The notes below the pieces were generated by a model, which saw only the letters and a program-made list of their open reading frames with translations, searched no databases and was not told where the DNA came from. A stretch of DNA of 64,000 bases from a virus. Within the stretch, counting starts at the first letter, position 1; the number at the start of each line of letters is the position of its first letter. The stretch is from positions 1 through 64,000 of IMG/VR virus record IMGVR_UViG_3300048834_000258, one strand, 5' to 3'. This document shows positions 59,225 to 64,000 of the stretch, in pieces. A program made the translations under genes and the position numbers.

Positions 59225-59646
59225 GTGAACCGTTCAAGATGACGCCGGAAGAGATCAAGCAGGCGGAGGATATGTATGTCAACAGCGGGCCTTTCGGCTC
59301 ACTGACGCAGGTGTTCAACAAATTCCCGCGAATCTACGCATTCAGGCCCTACCGAGAGGGAGAGGAAGTGGTTACGCTGGACCGGACTTCGCTTGTTGTG
59401 AACCATAGTGGTGGTGACAGACCGCACTTCATCCTCCGCCCGCGCAAGAAGGTCACCGTGACCGACTACGTGTTTCGCGATACGGGGGAGACGCGGCTCC
59501 CAGACTACGGAGAGTGGTTTCGTTCTGGTGGGATGCTTGGCCTCGAAGATTATTTCCTGCAAGCGATGCCGGGAAATCTCTACACCAAACGCGAACGGAT
59601 CTACACCCGCGAGGAGATCACCCGCGAAATCGAGGTGGAGGAATGA
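59221..59646 (+). CDS. FRPP-family protein D
   Basis: EDMY...AFRPYREGE...PHFILRPRKK. Confidence 0.5.
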   Translation: MSEPFKMTPEEIKQAEDMYVNSGPFGSLTQVFNKFPRIYAFRPYREGEEVVTLDRTSLVVNHSGGDRPHFILRPRKKVTVTDYVFRDTGETRLPDYGEWFRSGGMLGLEDYFLQAMPGNLYTKRERIYTREEITREIEVEE

Positions 59647-59673
59647 TTCGGCGCAAAGCGCCGAAGAAATAGC

Positions 59674-59761
59674 TTGACAGATTTACCGCGAAGCGGTAAA
59701 TTAGTAGTGGACCCTCCTCACGAGAGACGCCGCGATGCTTGCATCCGGCGTTTTTCGTTTT
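59674..59761 (+). ncRNA. Variant family unit 9 with a full promoter
   Basis: TTGACA-17-TAAATT-AGTAGTGGACCCTCCT, stem ACGAGAGACGCCG/CGGCGTTTTTCGT, then TTT. Confidence 0.5.
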
Positions 59762-59798
59762 AGTTGAAATGATAAAATAGTCATAGGAGGCGTGTCCT

Positions 59799-60209
59799 AT
59801 GGCATTTACCTTTGTTAATGATGGGGAGCGAGTTGCCCTCGAACTTTTGCTCAACAAAACCGGGTCGTTGGCTAATACAGTTATGGGCCTGTACACCAAC
59901 AACCAGTCGATCTCTAACGCGGTTGTTTTAGGCGACTTGACCGAGGCGACTGGCAGCGGCTATAGCGCGATTACCCTTACGGGAGCCAGTTGGACGATTA
60001 CCGAGGGCGCTCCTACCAGCGCGGCTTTTCCCCAGCAGACCTTCACTTTCAGTGGAGCCATCGGTCCCATTTACGGCTACTTCATTAAGCATGGGACCAC
60101 TTTGATCGGGCTTGAGGCTTTTTCGGCTGGCCCCTATACATACACGTCAGCCGGTGGTACCCTAAAGGTGACGGTCAATTTGACCGCAGGATCTTCAACC
60201 AACGACTAG
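59799..60209 (+). CDS. Small tail-fibre-associated structural protein
   Basis: MGLYT...E.TGSGY...T...W...TFTF...IYGYFI; TGA-TAAAAT promoter and AGGAGG SD. Confidence 0.6.
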   Translation: MAFTFVNDGERVALELLLNKTGSLANTVMGLYTNNQSISNAVVLGDLTEATGSGYSAITLTGASWTITEGAPTSAAFPQQTFTFSGAIGPIYGYFIKHGTTLIGLEAFSAGPYTYTSAGGTLKVTVNLTAGSSTND

Positions 60210-60216
60210 GAGACGC

Positions 60217-60597
60217 ATGAGACACACCTTCTTCCTTCTCTGGGCCGTCCTTTTGACGGCCCTTCTTTTGCCCGCGCAGACCGCACAGCGCAAGGTGACC
60301 CTTAATTGGGATCACCCAGACGCGAACGTCACGTTCAACGCCTACATTTCTCCTGGAGATTGCCTGACGACTCCGACGTTTGTGAAGCACAACACCGCGC
60401 CCATCACGGCGAAGACCTATGAGATTACGGGGCTTGCCGAGGGCACGTACTGTTTCGCGGTGCGAGCCGAGCGGGACACGCTGGAGTCTGGAAACAGTAA
60501 CTTGGCCAGTGCCATTGTTGGCCCGCCGCCCGTCGTTCCTGGCGCTCCGACCGGGCTTAGCTTGAGCGTGTCGGTGACGGTAACCGTTAACCCCTAA
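60217..60597 (+). CDS. Signal-peptide-bearing fibronectin type III protein
   Basis: Hydrophobic N-terminus; VTLNWD...FNAY...YEITGL..GTYCFAVRA...ES..SN...PGAPTGL. Confidence 0.7.
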   Translation: MRHTFFLLWAVLLTALLLPAQTAQRKVTLNWDHPDANVTFNAYISPGDCLTTPTFVKHNTAPITAKTYEITGLAEGTYCFAVRAERDTLESGNSNLASAIVGPPPVVPGAPTGLSLSVSVTVTVNP

Positions 60598-62198
60598 TGC
60601 GCGTACTGATCGCTCTCTTGTGGGTGGCACTGGCGTTCGCGCAGCCGGTGCCGCCTACTAACCTTCGGGCGTCTACCAAACCCATGGCCACTTTCGTACA
60701 AGGCGCAGTTCCCACATCGGCGGCAGATCCGATCAGTTGCACGTTCTCTTCGGCTCCGACCGAGGGAAATCTGCTGATTGCGGCGATGTCCGAGCGGAGC
60801 GGGAATAGCACGACAAACCACACCATCAGTGGAAGCGGCTGGACAAAGCGGGTGGGGCGTGATGTGTCGCTACCATCGGGCGACAATAGACGCACCCTCA
60901 CGATCTGGACGAAAGTAGCGGGAGCCTCAGAGCCGTCTACCATCACAATGGATGATGGCGGGTCCGGTACATCAAAAAACGGTTTCGTCGCAGAGTACGC
61001 GCTGGAGAGCGGCGAAGACACCTGGGAATTTCTGGAAGCCGTATCAAACGACAACGGGGAAACCGATAACGCCACGAGTCTAGCCACCGGGACCACATCG
61101 TCGTTGTCTGGCACGCAGATGGTGGTGTTTGGCGTTGGATCGATGAAGGCGGCGAGCGGCGCTCCATCGGGCCATACCTGGGCGTCCGCGACGTTGACTG
61201 CTAATGTCAGTTCCTACCCGAGTGGCTTGGGCAGCTACGGGATGTGGCTCGGCATCGCGTCCGCGAACAGTGATAGCGCGGGGACGAAAGCCTCCACGAT
61301 GACGATGGGTGGCGGCCCGTCGAATGACGGGCTTACCGCTGCGATCCTGGTTTTCAATTTGGTGAGTGGCGGAGGTGGCGACGATTACACCCACTCTGGT
61401 ACCGGAGCTTTAGCCCTTTCTGGTTCCAATACCACAGTTCTAGACACCATTGTAAGCTCTTCTGGCAACCTAGCCGTTTCGGGCACTACCGGGATTGTGC
61501 TAGAGGCCATTGTCACCACTTCGGGGGCATTGACATTTACGGGGAGTCACGCTGCGGTCCTTGAAGCCATCGCAGCCGTTTCCGGCAACTTGACGCTATC
61601 TGGTAGTGCGGCTGTTGCACCTGATTGGGTAGTTAGTAGCTCCGGTGGTTTTCTATTAGGCGGCACGGGAGAACCTGTGCCCGGCTTCGATCTACTGGGA
61701 ACCGGGGCGCTTTCCCTGGGCGGCTCCGTCAGCGTAGAGTTTACCGAATCTGGCGATATTGTGTACTCCGGTACTGGCCATCTAGCCCTAGCCGGTGCTG
61801 CCTCCATTGTCCTAGACGCGATCACCTCTCAGTCGGGCAACCTCGCTTTAGGAGGCTCGGGCGCTATCGCCCCCGACTTCCTCATTGCGGGTACGGGGGC
61901 TCTCAGCTTAGCGGGTAGTTCGGCGCTTGTGCCCGAGTTTGTGCTTACGCCCTCGGGCAATTTGGCCCTAAGTGGCTCGATTGCGACTGAAGCTAACTTT
62001 GTCGTGGCGGTTTCGGGCGACCTGGAGTTGGGCGGAACGGCAGTCGTTGCGTATACCGGCCCCGTCTCTACGCAAGTAGCAACTTCTACAATTGTAGTAG
62101 TTCCGTGTGTGGCTACCGTGGTAAAATTAGATCATAGGACTGTTTTACTGCTACAGAAGCCCCGCACGGAGGTCTCTTTATGGAAAGACATCACGTAG
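60597..62198 (+). CDS. Signal-peptide-bearing fibre-like protein with about 20-aa repeats
   Basis: MRVLIALLWVALAFA|Q; about 11 repeats of (S/T)GxLxLxG. Confidence 0.6.
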   Translation: MRVLIALLWVALAFAQPVPPTNLRASTKPMATFVQGAVPTSAADPISCTFSSAPTEGNLLIAAMSERSGNSTTNHTISGSGWTKRVGRDVSLPSGDNRRTLTIWTKVAGASEPSTITMDDGGSGTSKNGFVAEYALESGEDTWEFLEAVSNDNGETDNATSLATGTTSSLSGTQMVVFGVGSMKAASGAPSGHTWASATLTANVSSYPSGLGSYGMWLGIASANSDSAGTKASTMTMGGGPSNDGLTAAILVFNLVSGGGGDDYTHSGTGALALSGSNTTVLDTIVSSSGNLAVSGTTGIVLEAIVTTSGALTFTGSHAAVLEAIAAVSGNLTLSGSAAVAPDWVVSSSGGFLLGGTGEPVPGFDLLGTGALSLGGSVSVEFTESGDIVYSGTGHLALAGAASIVLDAITSQSGNLALGGSGAIAPDFLIAGTGALSLAGSSALVPEFVLTPSGNLALSGSIATEANFVVAVSGDLELGGTAVVAYTGPVSTQVATSTIVVVPCVATVVKLDHRTVLLLQKPRTEVSLWKDIT

Positions 62199-62479
62199 TT
62201 AAGGATACTAAATGCCGTCTTACCTGCACTTTCTACGACATTTCGAACGCGCTGGCCGATCCTACCACAGTGACCTTCTCGATTAAGCTGCCTGCGGGCA
62301 CGACCACCACATACACCTACGGAACCGATGCGGAGTTGGTGCGGTCTTCGACTGGTGTTTACTACGTGGATTTCCTGTTTAACGCCAAAGGCGCGTACAT
62401 TTACCGCTTTCTGGGTGCTGGTTCGGTGGGTGCGCCGGGTGAGGGTACCGTGGACGTTGCCGAGAGTGCTCTAGCCTAA
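62180..62479 (+). CDS. Ig-like small structural protein
   Basis: ADPTTVTF.I..P.G...STGVYYVD.....G.Y.YRF. Confidence 0.6.
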   Translation: MERHHVVKDTKCRLTCTFYDISNALADPTTVTFSIKLPAGTTTTYTYGTDAELVRSSTGVYYVDFLFNAKGAYIYRFLGAGSVGAPGEGTVDVAESALA

Positions 62480-62509
62480 ATGCTAAAATAGTCATAGGAG
62501 ACTGAACCT

Positions 62510-62785
62510 ATGGCCTTTTTGCAGATTTTCGCTTTGATTCCCGTCCTCTGGGAACTTCTGGAGCGCATCATCAAGACTGTTGAGACCGAGGAGCTTCCTG
62601 GGTCTGAGAAGAAGCAGCTTGCGCTCGACGCGCTCAAATCCCTGGTCGAAGTAGTTGGGTCGATCCCTGGCGTGAAGGGCAAATTCTCTGCCGACTTTGT
62701 GGTCAACCTCGCTATCCCTATCATTGACATTGTTGTTGGCATTTTCAATGCCATCGGCATCTTCCGCAAGAAACCTGCCGCCTAA
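62510..62785 (+). CDS. Holin-like protein
   Basis: Hydrophobic ends, G.EKK motif and a basic tail; precedes a lysozyme-like gene. Confidence 0.5.
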   Translation: MAFLQIFALIPVLWELLERIIKTVETEELPGSEKKQLALDALKSLVEVVGSIPGVKGKFSADFVVNLAIPIIDIVVGIFNAIGIFRKKPAA

Positions 62786-62807
62786 AGGCAGTGCCGGGAC
62801 TTCGACC

Positions 62808-63353
62808 ATGACGCGCACAGAACTTATTTCCATGATGGCGGATGCCATCGAAATCAAGGAGGGGTACCACGCTAGACCGGGGCACCCCGACTATCCGACC
62901 ATTCCGCAGCAGCTTTGTAACCCTGGCAACGTTCGGCGCTGGAGTGCCAAGCATCCGACAGCTTACGGTTACATCGACTTCTATCAATGGGAGTTGAACA
63001 AGACCGGCTCGGTCGAGCCGCTTATGCCGCGCCGCCCTGTTCGGTCTGCCTCCAAAAAGCAGCGCCGCGAAACCTTAGATAAAATTCTAAGCGAAATGGC
63101 GAAGCGGCCCGCAGAGCGCGTCCGTTCGGCCCAAGCCGAAGGTCGCAGGGTGCTCGAAGCACTGATCGGCCAGTACATTGACGGGAAGTACACGAACGGG
63201 AAGTCGCCTTCGATGCTCGGCATGTTCCAGGTGTACGCGCCGTCTTCGGACGGCAACGAGCCGTTCACTTACGCGCAGTTTGTAGGAGAACGGTGCGGGT
63301 TCGACCGCAAGACGATTATGGAAACGCCTCTAAAGGAGTTAGTTAGTGACTAA
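62808..63353 (+). CDS. Putative endolysin (lysozyme-like NPGN...YAP family)
   Basis: AI...EG, CNPGN, F, EG...L, YAPSSDGN.P..YA.FV. Confidence 0.6.
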   Translation: MTRTELISMMADAIEIKEGYHARPGHPDYPTIPQQLCNPGNVRRWSAKHPTAYGYIDFYQWELNKTGSVEPLMPRRPVRSASKKQRRETLDKILSEMAKRPAERVRSAQAEGRRVLEALIGQYIDGKYTNGKSPSMLGMFQVYAPSSDGNEPFTYAQFVGERCGFDRKTIMETPLKELVSD

Positions 63354-63567
63354 CGAACATCTCGACCGAATTTTTACCTACCGCGCCCCTTTCGGGGATC
63401 AGCCGGAAAGGTACGTCAAGATTAGGCAAGCCGCCAAAGATTTCGCGCAATTGGTGCAGGATGCGTGTCCCGAATCTCGGGAGAAATCCACTGCTCTGAC
63501 AAACATTCAACAGGCGGTGATGTGGGCAAATGCCAGCATCGCCATCAACGAGGAGCAAAGCTCATGA
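63346..63567 (+). CDS. Acb2/Tad1-like helical hairpin protein (putative immune-signal sponge)
   Basis: FTY.AP...Q..RY..IR.AAK.FA......CP.SREKS.A.T.IQQAVMWANASIA. Confidence 0.7.
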   Translation: MTNEHLDRIFTYRAPFGDQPERYVKIRQAAKDFAQLVQDACPESREKSTALTNIQQAVMWANASIAINEEQSS

Positions 63568-63770
63568 GTAAATTCACTGAATGGTTGGAGGGCGAGGGTG
63601 CCAAGATCTTTACGATGAGCGCCCTTTGTCTGGTGTTTTTCGCGGCGGAAGTGGCGATCAAGGTTTGGGTGCCGGAGAGCGAGCAGCTTCAGGGGCAGAT
63701 CGGCTCGATTGCCGCTGGCTTTGGCGGAGCGTTGCTCGCGATCCTACGACCTCCGCAGGCGACGAAATAA
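63564..63770 (+). CDS. Two-TM membrane protein
   Basis: ATGA coupling; two hydrophobic helices. Confidence 0.55.
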   Translation: MSKFTEWLEGEGAKIFTMSALCLVFFAAEVAIKVWVPESEQLQGQIGSIAAGFGGALLAILRPPQATK

Positions 63771-63775
63771 CGGCG

Positions 63776-63845
63776 AAAACTCAAAACCCCAGACGACCGT
63801 CCGCATTGCGGAGCGGCCATCCTGGGGTCTACAACTAGTCTAACA
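63776..63845 (-). ncRNA. GTTGTAGAC-family unit 7
   Basis: TGT-TAGACT-AGTTGTAGACCCCAGGATGGCCG...CGGTCGTCTGGGGTTTT. Confidence 0.55.
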
Positions 63846-63902
63846 CAACTCGCGGCGGTTGCGAAGCAAATGTTACAATAGAAAGAGGGAGGAACCTGCA
63901 CT

Positions 63903-64000
63903 ATGGCTCAACCGAAGATTGGATCTGTTCCGTTCACGAAGATGCTGACGGCGAACGTCAACCCGGCTGAAGTGGCGGCGAATACGTCGGCGGCTCAGAC
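63903..64000 (+). CDS. 3'-truncated probable virion protein
   Basis: TTGC-GAA-GCAA-ATGT-TACAAT promoter, GGAGG SD, MAQPKIGSVPF... Confidence 0.5.
   Translation, partial: MAQPKIGSVPFTKMLTANVNPAEVAANTSAAQ

Noticed and set aside
1-64000. tRNA genes, integrase/repressor, reverse transcriptase/DGR
   Set aside because: No cloverleaf with a TTCGA T-loop, no recombinase or RT motifs and no TR/VR pair noticed by eye; tRNAscan-SE and HMM searches are needed to exclude them formally.

Overview
This window holds most of a GC-rich, probably lytic, podovirus-like dsDNA phage genome; both edges cut genes, and no integrase or repressor was recognised. Layout: (1) 1-27.9 kb late block: truncated fibre-like protein, JAB/MPN metalloprotease, intein-containing large terminase, an antisense single-domain Clp ATPase, portal, scaffold, N4-gp56-like major capsid protein, two adaptors, nozzle, tail fibre and three ejection-type proteins. 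(2) 28-49.7 kb leftward replication/accessory block: AAA_25 helicase, dATP/dGTP diphosphohydrolase, two metallophosphoesterases, PolA, UDG-like protein, SSB, Sak4, an apparently circularly permuted Cas4-like nuclease, many small genes, a displaced small terminase and two SpoVG-like genes. (3) An AT-rich origin-like segment at about 49.8 kb. (4) Early genes around a non-coding stretch with dense G-tracts at about 54.9 kb. (5) A second structural/lysis module with an Acb2/Tad1-like protein. The most striking unexplained signal is a dispersed family of 7-9 units of the form extended -10 box, GTTGTAGAC, C-rich linker, long hairpin, U-tract. They look like stand-alone small RNA genes, and several sit next to members of a four-copy paralogous protein family. 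Many promoters also carry a GNA-triloop palindrome in the spacer. All product calls come from motif recognition by eye; no database searches were run.
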